Made by a program: the position numbers and the translations under genes. From an uncultured Candidatus Saccharibacteria bacterium (GTDB taxonomy: Bacteria; Patescibacteriota; Minisyncoccia; Phycocordibacterales; UBA1006): a stretch of 64,000 bases of DNA. Under the pieces are notes generated by a model. That model saw only the letters and a list, made by a program, of their open reading frames with translations, ran no database searches and was not told where the DNA came from. Position 1 is the first letter of the stretch. Each line of letters begins with the position of its first letter. Below are positions 10,416 through 20,848 of the stretch, piece after piece. The stretch covers positions 312,377-376,376 of the forward strand of contig CAYGJA010000001.1 in the NCBI GenBank assembly GCA_964350165.1. The letters are read 5' to 3'.

Positions 10416-10838
10416 TTAAGCAACTACATCAACCCCCATAGAACGAGCAGTACCTTCGATGATCTTCATTGCAGCCTCTACGTCATGAGCGTTCAGATCC
10501 GGTAGTTTGTGTTCAGCAATTTCTCGCACTTGTGCACTGGTGAGCTTACCTGCTTTTTTAACTCCCGGCTTCTGAGAACCAGCAGCAATTCCAACCGTCT
10601 GTTTAATCAAACTCGAGGCTGGAGCTGTTTTGAGAATAAAATCAAAAGAGCGATCATCATACACGCTAAGCACAACCGAAACAATTCCCTTCATTTCTCG
10701 GGTTTTGTCATTAAACTGGTTAACAAATTCTCCAATGTTAACTCCAGCCTGTCCCAAAGCGGGTCCAAGTGGTGGTGCTGGTACCGCCTTTCCAGCCGGT
10801 ACCTGTAATTTCATTTTTTTGGTTAATTTTTTTGCCAT
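10416..10838 (-). CDS. rplK: 50S ribosomal protein L11
   Basis: [21 protein letters not shown]...GTARSMG. Confidence 0.98.
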   Translation of the reverse strand: MAKKLTKKMKLQVPAGKAVPAPPLGPALGQAGVNIGEFVNQFNDKTREMKGIVSVVLSVYDDRSFDFILKTAPASSLIKQTVGIAAGSQKPGVKKAGKLTSAQVREIAEHKLPDLNAHDVEAAMKIIEGTARSMGVDVVA

Positions 10839-10939
10839 GTCTGTACTACTTAGCTAATCATGCGGAGTAATAAAGAAGCGTGCGAAAAGCACTTATTACG
10901 TGCGTAAAAAATAACGCAAGAACGAGTCCCTGTCAATAA

Positions 10940-11494
10940 TTACAGCTTCTTTACTTGCAGGAAGTCTAGCTCGACCGGAGTTTCCCGACCAAACATAGAC
11001 ACCAACACTTCGATGTTCCCACGCTCGTCGTCAACCGTATTGACCTTGCCTTCGAATTCTTTAAATGGGCCATCAATAATAGAAACCATATCACCAACGA
11101 CGAGATCAATGTTGTGCTTGGTGGTTTTGGCACCCATGCGAGCAAAAAGAGAGTCTATTTCTTCCTGAGAAACAGGAACTGGGGTCACCCCTGCCCCAAC
11201 AAAACCAGTCACCCGAGGAGTGTTCCGAACCACATACCAGGAATCATCAGTAACAATCATATCCACCAACACATATCCTGGATAAATCCGCTCCTCAACT
11301 TCTACTCTTTTTCCACCTTTTATTTTGATCTTTTTTTCAATTGGAACCACTACATCAAAAATTTTGTCTTGCATGCCCAAAGATTCTGCGCGCTGTTTTA
11401 GATTTCTTTCAACAGCATTTTCGTAGCCGGCGTATGTGTGGATTGCGTACCAATTACGATCACCCTTGATTTCTTGTTTTGACATATATAACAA
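10940..11494 (-). CDS. nusG: Transcription termination/antitermination factor NusG
   Basis: WYAIHTYAGYE, YPGYVLV, VRNTPRVTGFVG, KOW motif, FGRETPVEL. Confidence 0.98.
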   Translation of the reverse strand: MLYMSKQEIKGDRNWYAIHTYAGYENAVERNLKQRAESLGMQDKIFDVVVPIEKKIKIKGGKRVEVEERIYPGYVLVDMIVTDDSWYVVRNTPRVTGFVGAGVTPVPVSQEEIDSLFARMGAKTTKHNIDLVVGDMVSIIDGPFKEFEGKVNTVDDERGNIEVLVSMFGRETPVELDFLQVKKL

Positions 11495-11496
11495 TA

Positions 11497-11679
11497 TTAG
11501 CTACTAAGCAGTACTCCGAGACCAAGCGAGAATAGCCAGTCAAGCAGTCCAAGATAATATGCAACAGCCAAAGTAAGCACGACTACAGCCGCAGTGTACG
11601 CAATGGTCTGCTCTTTGCTTGGCCAATTAATATGGTCAAACTCTCCTCGCACTGATTTTAGAAAACGTCCAATGTTCAT
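11497..11679 (-). CDS. secE: Preprotein translocase SecE
   Basis: EFDHINWPS motif plus one TM helix, directly upstream of nusG. Confidence 0.93.
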   Translation of the reverse strand: MNIGRFLKSVRGEFDHINWPSKEQTIAYTAAVVVLTLAVAYYLGLLDWLFSLGLGVLLSS

Positions 11680-11801
11680 AAAAATAATAGATGAGATTAG
11701 TATACGGTATTTCTCCCTAATGAAAAACGCCCGGCAGGCGTCAATGCGATTATCATACTATTCGAACTAACCGAAGTCAATGCCGGGGTTTTTCTACTTA
11801 T

Positions 11802-12620
11802 TTATTTTATTTTGTAGGTAATAGAAACACTTGCGGTTATCAGATTCTCTCCAGCCGGAATCTCTGGCGCAAAAACGGCCTCGTCGGCATAGCCCATTTC
11901 GGCAACGGCCATGCTTCGAGCCATCACTGGATACACACCTCCGCCAGAATTATCAGAAAAACTAATGACTTTGCCAAGTTTTACTCCTAGTTCAGCAGCC
12001 AACTCTTGGGCTTTCTGTTCCGCCTTGGCAATAGCATCCTTGCGGGCCTCGGTCAAAACGGCGTCTTCATCATCAACGGTAAAATTGGGACCGTACATCG
12101 AATCTACGTTCTGTTCACCTAGCGTCTCGAGCACGTCTCCAACCATAGCCAAATCACGAACTTTTATCTGGATTGACTGAGATTGCTCATATCCAACAAG
12201 CTCTCGCTCTCCCGAAGACGGAGGACAACCAAACTCCGTACAAATTGTTTTTTGTTGTTTCCATTCGTAGCGCGGATATGAATTGTAGCTTGTTGTTTTA
12301 ATGTCTTTATCTGCGATACCAAGACTCTCCAAAACTGCCAACACCGAGGACACCTGCTCAGAAACTTTTGCTTGTGCATCCTTTACCGTAGCAGCCTCAG
12401 ATCGAGAGGTAAAACTAAAAGTAGCGATGTCTGGTACAGCGAAAGCTTCGCCGGTACCACTTACGGTAATTACATTGTTTCGATTGGCGGGATCAGTGGT
12501 CAGCAACCCCCAAGAAATGACTGCTCCAACACCAAGTAGCACTATGAAAAAAGTAGCCACCGTTAAAAAAACCGAGCCAGACGCCATCAAACCTTCTTTT
12601 GTTCCAAATCGTTTAAACAT
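11802..12620 (-). CDS. SIMPL/DUF541 domain protein
   Basis: ITVSGTGEAFAVPD, AIAKAEQKAQELA..LG, final SVSITY. Confidence 0.9.
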   Translation of the reverse strand: MFKRFGTKEGLMASGSVFLTVATFFIVLLGVGAVISWGLLTTDPANRNNVITVSGTGEAFAVPDIATFSFTSRSEAATVKDAQAKVSEQVSSVLAVLESLGIADKDIKTTSYNSYPRYEWKQQKTICTEFGCPPSSGERELVGYEQSQSIQIKVRDLAMVGDVLETLGEQNVDSMYGPNFTVDDEDAVLTEARKDAIAKAEQKAQELAAELGVKLGKVISFSDNSGGGVYPVMARSMAVAEMGYADEAVFAPEIPAGENLITASVSITYKIK

Positions 12621-12676
12621 ATATTCGTATTGTTACTAATAACTTAGATTATACCATTCTAATGCTAAAAATCTCT

Positions 12677-14074
12677 TTAGAGGTCAAGTTTTCCTGCTTT
12701 TTGCTGTTCTATATATTCTTTGATATTAAACCTTTTTTTTACCCCACTCTCAGCCAAATATCGAATGGTCCCAAAAATTGGACGCTCAAACCAAGGGCGA
12801 TCGTGCACTCCCCCAATAGACCAGGCAATACCTGCATATCCATTTGGATCTCGACCATCAAAACTATAAGCATCGTTCAAATAAATAGCAATTTTCATGG
12901 CCTCTTCTGGGCTCTTTGTCCATTCTAGAATTTTTTTGGCCCAATACATTCGCATGTAACCATGCATCTTGCCGGTTTCGGACAACTCTAATTGGGCAGC
13001 ATTCCACAATTCATCATGAGTCTTGGCTTGCTCAAATTCAATCAAAGAATAGTGATAAGCGCGCTTGTCAGACAAGTGTTTTTGCAATGTTTTCTGAGCC
13101 CAATCAGGAAAACCAAGAACACTGTCATAGTTATTATTGTAATGACAAAAATTATCAGCCAATTCTCTTCGCACGATTAGTTCTTCCAAAAAAGCTGCGC
13201 TACTGTTTTCTGTAGCTGCTCCATTTTTATCTTTTTGCATTATTTGCTCGACAGACTGATTGGTTTTTTCTAAAACTTCGAGGGCCACTCGTTGTGGTGC
13301 AATGTGACCATAGTGCAAATAAGGAGAGAGGTCAGACTGCCCTTTTTTGAGAGCATTGTTACGATCGACAGCATAACGATCGAGTCGTTTCTCGAGAAAG
13401 AGCTCTAATTTTTGTTTTCCCGCTTTGGCCCCCGGCAAAATCCAAGAAGCTGGCAAAATTGATTTGTTTGGGAAATTATCAAGCACCTCACCCCAAGCAA
13501 TACTTGGAACAGATTTTGCGTATTTTGTTTTAGGAGTTGAAAGTCTTGGGAAAGGATCCAAAAATTCTTTTATTTTTTTATAAATCTTGGGACGAATTGT
13601 CCTGGCCGCATACTCTTGTTTATCAGAAATCTCCCAAACAGGAATAATGTTATGGGTATCAACTTGATGCACAGAACAATCAGCCTCGGTAGTGATTTTT
13701 TCTAACCATGTCTTTTGGATGTTTAACGGTGAAAAATCGGTAACAAGCAGACCTGGCTTCACCAATCTCAACCAGGTCTGCAAATCAGCAATACTTCCTT
13801 TTACAAGAAAAAACGGAATCTTTTTTGCAGCCAAAGATTCGGCCATTTCTCGTAAGCCCTGAACTTTGAAATGATGTTGTCGATAACCTCCCCCCAAAAA
13901 ACCAATCTCGAGATTATACACAACAAGCAAAGGCGCTTTTTTTTGGTTGGCTTTTTCTAAGGCATAAAGCATGGCCCAATTGTCTTCTGCTCGACAATCT
14001 CGATTCATCCAATAGACAACCGGCCCCTCTTTTTCCTCTTGTTTAGATAAGATTCGTAATCTTTTCTTGTTCAC
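12677..14074 (-). CDS. phr: Class II CPD photolyase
   Basis: YWMNRDCRAEDNWA, SDLSPYLHYG, MHGYMRMYWAKKILEW, DGRDPNGY; start moved to GTG at 14074. Confidence 0.95.
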   Translation of the reverse strand: MNKKRLRILSKQEEKEGPVVYWMNRDCRAEDNWAMLYALEKANQKKAPLLVVYNLEIGFLGGGYRQHHFKVQGLREMAESLAAKKIPFFLVKGSIADLQTWLRLVKPGLLVTDFSPLNIQKTWLEKITTEADCSVHQVDTHNIIPVWEISDKQEYAARTIRPKIYKKIKEFLDPFPRLSTPKTKYAKSVPSIAWGEVLDNFPNKSILPASWILPGAKAGKQKLELFLEKRLDRYAVDRNNALKKGQSDLSPYLHYGHIAPQRVALEVLEKTNQSVEQIMQKDKNGAATENSSAAFLEELIVRRELADNFCHYNNNYDSVLGFPDWAQKTLQKHLSDKRAYHYSLIEFEQAKTHDELWNAAQLELSETGKMHGYMRMYWAKKILEWTKSPEEAMKIAIYLNDAYSFDGRDPNGYAGIAWSIGGVHDRPWFERPIFGTIRYLAESGVKKRFNIKEYIEQQKAGKLDL

Positions 14075-14108
14075 CTCTCTATCGTAACAAAGATTGGATA
14101 AAATAATA

Positions 14109-14870
14109 TTATTCCTTATCCGTCTCTTTCCAATAAGAAACAACATCCCAACGTTCTAGCTCGGACTGATGTTCCTTGTAGAAATCACAAAAATCCTGAT
14201 CATTTTCGATAGTGGCTGTCATATTTTGTTTTGGAATAATACCGAGCACTCGAGCGGGATCCAGAGCAACCACCCCTCCTTTCTTTCTTTTGATTTGCAC
14301 TTGTAAGTGCAAATGAATATCAGATCCTGTAATCTCGCCAGAGTTCCCGACCTCTCCGATAGTTTCCTCTTTTTTGATTGGAATCTCAGGATATGTGTGC
14401 AGGCTTATTTCTCGAAGCATTTTTTGATACGAAGTAAATTTGACTACATTAGAACGCAGATGCATGTAGATTGTCATTAACCGATCTTCATTTTCCAAGA
14501 TTATTTCCGGGTGAGAAAGCATCACATAATTACCGTTCATTACGTCATACCCTGAATATTCAAGAATTCCATTAGCGACAGCGCCTACGTCTGTTTTTTT
14601 ACTGGCAGAAAAATCAAGTCCAGTGTGGAACGAATCTGGCTCATGGGCCACTGGGTGCCAGCGGAAACCATAATAGCCAAAGAAAGGATTAATTGATTGT
14701 TCGGCATCTTCAAAAGGTAGCTCAAACAACCTGGTTGCATCTAGTGCTTGGTACCATTCTCTCCAAAATTTTGGATATTTTTTCTCATCAGGAACATAGA
14801 TGGGCTGTTTTGTTTTTCGACTAGCCCCCGGTCTACGTCTCAATTTTCCCTCGATAGAAGGAAGTTTCAT
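14109..14870 (-). CDS. M23 family metallopeptidase
   Basis: HTGLD, YMHL, IGEVGNSG and HLH zinc motifs. Confidence 0.88.
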   Translation of the reverse strand: MKLPSIEGKLRRRPGASRKTKQPIYVPDEKKYPKFWREWYQALDATRLFELPFEDAEQSINPFFGYYGFRWHPVAHEPDSFHTGLDFSASKKTDVGAVANGILEYSGYDVMNGNYVMLSHPEIILENEDRLMTIYMHLRSNVVKFTSYQKMLREISLHTYPEIPIKKEETIGEVGNSGEITGSDIHLHLQVQIKRKKGGVVALDPARVLGIIPKQNMTATIENDQDFCDFYKEHQSELERWDVVSYWKETDKE

Positions 14871-14876
14871 ATACCC

Positions 14877-15593
14877 CTATTCAAGCTCGGCCATTACTGG
14901 TGTGGCAATCAAGAGAACGTCCAAGGTGATTTCATCCTTTATGATTGCATCTCCAAGATCATCAAAAAATGATTCCGATCCAAAGCGCACGTCAAATTCT
15001 GATCGGTCGATAACAATCTGCCCACCCAAAGCCGGCTGGTCTGCTGGGCCAAAGGTTGGACTCATTTCGAAAGTGATTGGGTTTGTTTTTCCTTTTATGG
15101 TGAGTGTTCCAGAAATCTGCTGTTTTGCATTTGTGCCAGAAACCTCGGTCACATCAAGAATCGCTTCTGGATATTCAGAAACACTAAAGAAATCATCAGA
15201 ACGAAGATGTCCCATAAGCCGATCTCCCCCGCTGTCACCCTCGACTAATTCAATCGAATCCATATCCACTACTATTTTTCCTTCGGAAACAAGGCCGTCT
15301 ACAACAGAGAACGAACCTGACTTGATAGCAATGGTTCCCTCATGACTAGCATCTACTATCTTCTTTTCCCCCATCCAACGAATCTGGCTAGAACCTCCGT
15401 CTACCTCGTAAGAACCATCGGGAAATACCAAAGCCTCTCCCGCCAAACGAGTACCAGAAGCGTCAGATCTTTTTGCCTCCATTTCTAGAGATTCTTCCAA
15501 GCTCGTATCATCAGAAGTTTTTCGACTTTGTGCAAAAAAGACAATCGCCAAAACCAAAACCGCGGCTAACAAAACATAAGATACTCCTTTCAT
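14877..15593 (-). CDS. YceI family (polyisoprenoid-binding) protein
   Basis: HLRSDDFF..YP, GTLTIKG, IDRSEF; N-terminal anchor. Confidence 0.92.
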   Translation of the reverse strand: MKGVSYVLLAAVLVLAIVFFAQSRKTSDDTSLEESLEMEAKRSDASGTRLAGEALVFPDGSYEVDGGSSQIRWMGEKKIVDASHEGTIAIKSGSFSVVDGLVSEGKIVVDMDSIELVEGDSGGDRLMGHLRSDDFFSVSEYPEAILDVTEVSGTNAKQQISGTLTIKGKTNPITFEMSPTFGPADQPALGGQIVIDRSEFDVRFGSESFFDDLGDAIIKDEITLDVLLIATPVMAELE

Positions 15594-15608
15594 ATAACTA
15601 ATTTATTA

Positions 15609-16340
15609 TTACTGATTGATAACTGATTCTATCACTGCCACCAAGGTTTCGTAAGGCTGTGCTCCACGAATAGGTACCAGCTGGCCATCAGGCAGCTGCA
15701 GAATACTCCAAGGCGTAGACAGCTGGTCCGTACTGCCAAGTGTCTGGATGGCGTTAGCCAGATCTCTGTCGATTCGCTCCGAAGCCTCTTGACTGCTGAT
15801 GCATTCTTGATACATGTCCAAATCAAGCCCTTGATTCTCAACAAGATACGTTCCTAACTCTTCTAAGGTTAAGTTCTGTTCAAATAAAACATCCGTAGTG
15901 GCCCAAAAAACCTCGTCCCCCTTTTGCTGAAAAGCACATTCAGTGGCGATCGCCTTTGGTCTAGCCTCGGGATGAAGACCGTCAAGCGGAAGATGTCGAT
16001 ACACCCAAGAAACATCTTCGGGATACTCCTCTACAAGTCGAATCATGGTCTCGTGAAAACGACCACAAAAAGGACAATCCAAATCAGAATATTCATAAAT
16101 TACAATTTGACCATTGGCAGCTCCGCGAACATGATCTACGCCTGGTTCGATAGGATTTACGTTTTTGAGCAAAGCAAGCTGATCTACCTGGTTATCACTG
16201 ACGGCAAATTGCGTAGGCCGGTCTTGATCAAGCTGTCTTTTATCAAGGAAACTGCTCCCCAAGATTGCGACAGCAATCAATACCCCAGCTGCAAGAATAG
16301 CCTGGGGCATTGTTATTGTTTTTGTTTTCATATCGGTCAT
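15609..16340 (-). CDS. DsbA-like thioredoxin-fold protein
   Basis: EYSDLDCPFC, YRHLPL, TP cis-Pro loop, GAQPY. Confidence 0.92.
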   Translation of the reverse strand: MTDMKTKTITMPQAILAAGVLIAVAILGSSFLDKRQLDQDRPTQFAVSDNQVDQLALLKNVNPIEPGVDHVRGAANGQIVIYEYSDLDCPFCGRFHETMIRLVEEYPEDVSWVYRHLPLDGLHPEARPKAIATECAFQQKGDEVFWATTDVLFEQNLTLEELGTYLVENQGLDLDMYQECISSQEASERIDRDLANAIQTLGSTDQLSTPWSILQLPDGQLVPIRGAQPYETLVAVIESVINQ

Positions 16341-16465
16341 ATCTTTCTTATTCTTTAAAATCCCAAATTATACTGTTCTCAACCTTTTTCCTCCGAGAGA
16401 AAGCCGTGAAGGTTTCGTCATTATACTGTTCTGTCTGAATTTTGCTATTTTTTGCTCTTTACGAG

Positions 16466-17368
16466 TCAAGACAGCTCTTTTCGCAGATAATCAGCCAGGT
16501 CGCGCCACTGCCACTCAAAACCAAGGCGCAAAAGCTCACGTGGATAAACTTTTTGGCTTACAATAATCTCATCAGCAAAATCTCCAAAAAGTATCCGTAG
16601 AGCAAATTTGGGAACAAAAAACAAATGCGGCCGACGAAGACGAGCCGAAATCATTTCTGAAAATTGAGCATTGGTCACAGGCTGGGGAGATACAACATTG
16701 ACTGGCCCAGACCAAGAAGAGTTTTCGATAGCTTGAATATAAGCAGATACAGCATCTTGAAGAGAGATCCAAGGAAAGAATTGTTTGCCCGACCCCAACG
16801 GCCCTCCAAAACCAAGGCGATACAACGGCAGGATGGTGCCCATGAGCCCACCATGAGGGTCTAAAATATGCCCATTACGCATCAGACAAACCCGAACCCC
16901 CATCTGATCAGCCTGCCAAGCAGTTTGCTCCCAGTCTTTGGCCACCATGGACAAAAAAGTCTCTCCAAAAGAAGAATTCTCATCCACGTCATCTGTCCCC
17001 TGCTCACCATAAACACCAACCGCAGAAGCAGAAACTAATACTTGTGGACGAAACAGCTCCTCTTTCCATAAATCTATCAAGTTGCGAGTCCCCTCTATTC
17101 TTGTTTGGTATACAAGGTCTTTGAATTTTTTGTTCCAACGCCCAAAAATACGCTTACCCGCTAAATTAATAACCGCAAAAGGACGCTTGAAATTCTGATC
17201 ATGTGGTAGTGCTTTTGTTGTATCGACCTTAACAAAGCGCAAGTTCTCGTGCTGAATTGTCGGGGCACGCAAATCCATAATTACTACTTCGTATTTTTGA
17301 CCAAGCAAGCGCCTAGTAATTGCCGTTCCCAAAAATCCAGAACCACCCACGATGATGACTTTTTTCAT
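16466..17368 (-). CDS. TIGR01777-type NAD-dependent epimerase family protein
   Basis: GGSGFLG, INLAG, SASAVG, GGPLGSGKQFFPWI. Confidence 0.9.
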   Translation of the reverse strand: MKKVIIVGGSGFLGTAITRRLLGQKYEVVIMDLRAPTIQHENLRFVKVDTTKALPHDQNFKRPFAVINLAGKRIFGRWNKKFKDLVYQTRIEGTRNLIDLWKEELFRPQVLVSASAVGVYGEQGTDDVDENSSFGETFLSMVAKDWEQTAWQADQMGVRVCLMRNGHILDPHGGLMGTILPLYRLGFGGPLGSGKQFFPWISLQDAVSAYIQAIENSSWSGPVNVVSPQPVTNAQFSEMISARLRRPHLFFVPKFALRILFGDFADEIIVSQKVYPRELLRLGFEWQWRDLADYLRKELS

Positions 17369-17408
17369 ACTCCCATTGTAGCAAACCCGGTGCTATACTT
17401 GGCCTCAT

Positions 17409-18473
17409 ATGTATCAATTTGCAGAATTTAATCAAAAATTTGATGAGTATTTTTTTTCTTTTTTAGATACTCAACAAAATCATTACCACGAACTACTCCC
17501 TCACCCCAACCTAAAGCAGTATTTCAAAACAATCAGAGCGGCCGCCACGGGAGGAAAAAGAGTCAGACCTTATGTTGCTTGGATTTGTTTAGATAAACCG
17601 ATTGACCAAATAAGCGAAGCAGAATGGAATATTATTATTGCCATCGAAATCATTCATCTTTTTGCCCTTATTCACGACGATCTCATGGATCAATCTCCAA
17701 CCAGGAGAGGGGTTCCAACCGTTCACACTGCGATATCAAGCACACTTATGGAACAAGCCCACCAGGGAGACCTTGCTTTTGGAGGAAGAATGCTGGCTAT
17801 GCTGGCTGGAGATATTGTCTTTTGGTCTGCTTCTACTCTTCTAGCCACAACAGCAGTTTCGATGGGGCCAGAGAAATACAAAAAAATACACGATCGATTC
17901 ACACTTCTTGTTGATGGTGTTGTCTTAGGGCAAGCGTTAGATTTTGACCAAGCCTTTCGCCCCCAAGTAAGCGCCGAAGAGGTTCAAACAAAAACAATCC
18001 ACAAAACTGGACATTATACTTTTTCTTATCCCATGCAAATTGGAGGAATTCTGGCTAATTACAACGAAAATCAAGTCCAGTCATTATACGGTCTTGGCGA
18101 GAAAATAGGCCTTGGTTTTCAAATTCAAGATGACATCTTGGATATCACTGGTGATCCAGAAAAAACCCAAAAACCAATTATGGCGGATATCAGTAACGGA
18201 CAGCACACTCTATTGACCGCCTATATTCGAGAAAATGGCACCGAGGAACAAAAAAAATCCCTAGAATATCACTGGAGGAAACAAGTAACAGCAGAGTCTA
18301 TGCCGATACTACGAGAACTCTACATTTCATCTGGAGCAATTATGTATGCTCAGAACTTGGTTAAAAAATCTTACGATGACGCAATAACACTCATAGATAC
18401 CAGCGAGCTGTCCACCAACACAAAAACCAACCTTATTAGTCTTATTGAATATTTAGCCAACCGTGAGCATTAA
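17409..18473 (+). CDS. crtE: Polyprenyl diphosphate (GGPP) synthase
   Basis: GGKRVRP, LIHDDLMD (FARM), KT, FQIQDDILD (SARM); overlaps crtB. Confidence 0.85.
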   Translation: MYQFAEFNQKFDEYFFSFLDTQQNHYHELLPHPNLKQYFKTIRAAATGGKRVRPYVAWICLDKPIDQISEAEWNIIIAIEIIHLFALIHDDLMDQSPTRRGVPTVHTAISSTLMEQAHQGDLAFGGRMLAMLAGDIVFWSASTLLATTAVSMGPEKYKKIHDRFTLLVDGVVLGQALDFDQAFRPQVSAEEVQTKTIHKTGHYTFSYPMQIGGILANYNENQVQSLYGLGEKIGLGFQIQDDILDITGDPEKTQKPIMADISNGQHTLLTAYIRENGTEEQKKSLEYHWRKQVTAESMPILRELYISSGAIMYAQNLVKKSYDDAITLIDTSELSTNTKTNLISLIEYLANREH

Positions 18474-19341
18474 TTATCTTCGGAGTTACCCCGAAGCAAA
18501 TCGGGACCTAAAAAGGGCAAAGCGCATACACAGAGAAAACGGAAGGACGTATTATTTTGCAACTCGTTTTTTTCCGAAACATGTTCGCGATGCAACCAGT
18601 ATTCTTTATGCTTGGATGCGTATTCCTGATGATTGGGTGGATTCCAGCACTCTTTCTCTTGAAAAAAAAGAAGCGCTTCTTAAATCATGGTCATCCGCAT
18701 GGCAAAAAGCTCGTCAGGGTGGTCTGGCTACTCATCCCATTCAAAAACTAGCCCTGCTTGTTTTTGAAGAATACAAAATCCCTCAGGCTTGGGATCAGGC
18801 TTTTTTGAATGCGATGGAGCAAGACTTACGCAAAGATAGTTATGCCAACTACAAAGAATTAGAACAGTACATGTACGGATCGGCAGCTGTTGTTGGGCTA
18901 ATGATGACAAAGATTATTGGCCATACAGGCGAGGCGCTTCCCTATGCAGAAGCGAATGGCTACGCCATGCAGTTAACAAATTTCTTGCGTGATATTGGTG
19001 AAGATTGGCGCGAGCGAAATCGAATCTATCTCCCCCAAGATGAAATGCAGCGTTTTGGTGTAACGACCAAGATGATTTCTGATGGAATTGTGACACCAGA
19101 ATTTGCAGCTCTCATGCAATCACTCATCGCCAAAGCCAAAAGTCTCTACCTAGAGGCACAACCAGGGATAGGTATGCTCAATAAAAAAGGACGAAAACCG
19201 GTCATGATTGCTTCGCAATTATACGCACGGATACTTGATAAAATAGAAGATAATGGATACGACGTCTTTACAAAACGTGCCCACACAAAATTAAGAGAAA
19301 AAATCACCACCGGTGTAAAAATATTTATATATGGTCAATAA
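18463..19341 (+). CDS. crtB: Phytoene synthase
   Basis: PDDWVD, YMYGSAAVVG, MQLTNFLRDIGED..RIYLP. Confidence 0.95.
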   Translation: MSINYLRSYPEANRDLKRAKRIHRENGRTYYFATRFFPKHVRDATSILYAWMRIPDDWVDSSTLSLEKKEALLKSWSSAWQKARQGGLATHPIQKLALLVFEEYKIPQAWDQAFLNAMEQDLRKDSYANYKELEQYMYGSAAVVGLMMTKIIGHTGEALPYAEANGYAMQLTNFLRDIGEDWRERNRIYLPQDEMQRFGVTTKMISDGIVTPEFAALMQSLIAKAKSLYLEAQPGIGMLNKKGRKPVMIASQLYARILDKIEDNGYDVFTKRAHTKLREKITTGVKIFIYGQ

Positions 19342-20848
19342 AAAAAAGATTATCATTATCGGCGGCGGTATTGGCGGATTAGGGGCGGCTTGTTTATTAG
19401 CCAAAAAAGGTCACGACGTTACTCTTTACGAAAAAAATGAAAAACTTGGTGGTCGGGCCAATATATTTTCGGCCGAGGGCTACACTTTTGACATGGGGCC
19501 ATCCTGGTATCTTATGCCTGATATTTTTGAACATTTTTTTTCTCTTCTTGGAGAAGACATCAAAGAACACTTCCACTTACACAAACTCAGCCCGAGCTAT
19601 CGCGTTCTCTTCCCTGGCGATCCCACCCATCCTTCACTAGACATTTTTTCTGATTTAGAAAAAGACTTACCCACCCTAGAGAAATTAGAACCAGGAGTAA
19701 CACCAAAATTCAAAAAATACCTGGAGCGATCCGGAGAACAATATGAACTGGCCAAGCGCTTGTTTATGTATAGAAACTACAATTCTCCTCTAGATTTTTT
19801 GCAAAAAGACTTTATCAAGGAAGGAACCAAAATGAACCCCCTTCAAACCATGGAGCAATACCTGGACAAGTGGTTCACCGACGATCGTCTCAAAAAAATC
19901 CTTGAATATACTCTGGTTTTTCTTGGTAGTGAGCCCAAAAAAACACCAGCGCTTTATAATATTATGAATCATATTGATTTTGATATGGGGGTCTATTATC
20001 CCGAAGGTGGTATTTATGCAATCATTGAAGCCTTGGAAGCTATTGGCAAAAAAAATGGCGCAAAATTAGAAACAAACACCTCTATCAAAAAAATAATCGT
20101 TACCAACAACAAAGCAACCGGCGTGCAACTAGCCAACGATACTGTTATCGAAGCAGATATTGTTATTTCAAACGCAGACCTTTGGTTTACGGAAACTCAA
20201 TTACTCGACAAAAAACACCAAACCTACCCTGAAAAATTCTGGGAAAAACAAGTCATGGGACCATCAGCTTTTATTCTTTATCTTGGTCTTAATAAAAAAA
20301 TACCGAATCTAATCCATCACAATCTTCGTTTTGCAAAAAACTGGAAAGAGAATTTCAAAGCTATCTTTGACAAACCAGCCCTACCAGATGACCCTTCTTA
20401 TTATGTTTGTTGCCCCACCAAGACCGACACAACGATTGCCCCTCAAGACAAAGATTTGCTTTTTGTGCTTGTTCCCCTGGCGGCTGACCTCAGTGTATCC
20501 GAAGAAAAAAAGAAAGCTTTTCGAGATCAAGTAATCGCAATGATGGCCAAAGATTTTGATTTGCCAGATTTAGAATCAAGCATATCTTACGAATCATCAT
20601 ATTGGCATGAAGATTTCAAAACTGACTACAACGCTTATCGTGGTACTGCACTGGGATTAGCCCACACCCTCAAGCAGACTATCCTAAGACCAAAAAACAA
20701 AAGCAATAAAGTAAAAAACCTATACTACGTTGGAGCAGGCACCAATCCTGGCATCGGCATGCCTATTTGTCTTATTTCTTCAGAGCTTGTTTACAAACGC
20801 ATCCAAGACATCAAACATCCACATCCACTGAAAAATCTAGAAGATTAA
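19331..20848 (+). CDS. crtI: Phytoene desaturase
   Basis: GGGIGG FAD motif, FDMGPSW, YPEGG, NLYYVGAGTNPGIGMP. Confidence 0.93.
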   Translation: MVNKKKIIIIGGGIGGLGAACLLAKKGHDVTLYEKNEKLGGRANIFSAEGYTFDMGPSWYLMPDIFEHFFSLLGEDIKEHFHLHKLSPSYRVLFPGDPTHPSLDIFSDLEKDLPTLEKLEPGVTPKFKKYLERSGEQYELAKRLFMYRNYNSPLDFLQKDFIKEGTKMNPLQTMEQYLDKWFTDDRLKKILEYTLVFLGSEPKKTPALYNIMNHIDFDMGVYYPEGGIYAIIEALEAIGKKNGAKLETNTSIKKIIVTNNKATGVQLANDTVIEADIVISNADLWFTETQLLDKKHQTYPEKFWEKQVMGPSAFILYLGLNKKIPNLIHHNLRFAKNWKENFKAIFDKPALPDDPSYYVCCPTKTDTTIAPQDKDLLFVLVPLAADLSVSEEKKKAFRDQVIAMMAKDFDLPDLESSISYESSYWHEDFKTDYNAYRGTALGLAHTLKQTILRPKNKSNKVKNLYYVGAGTNPGIGMPICLISSELVYKRIQDIKHPHPLKNLED

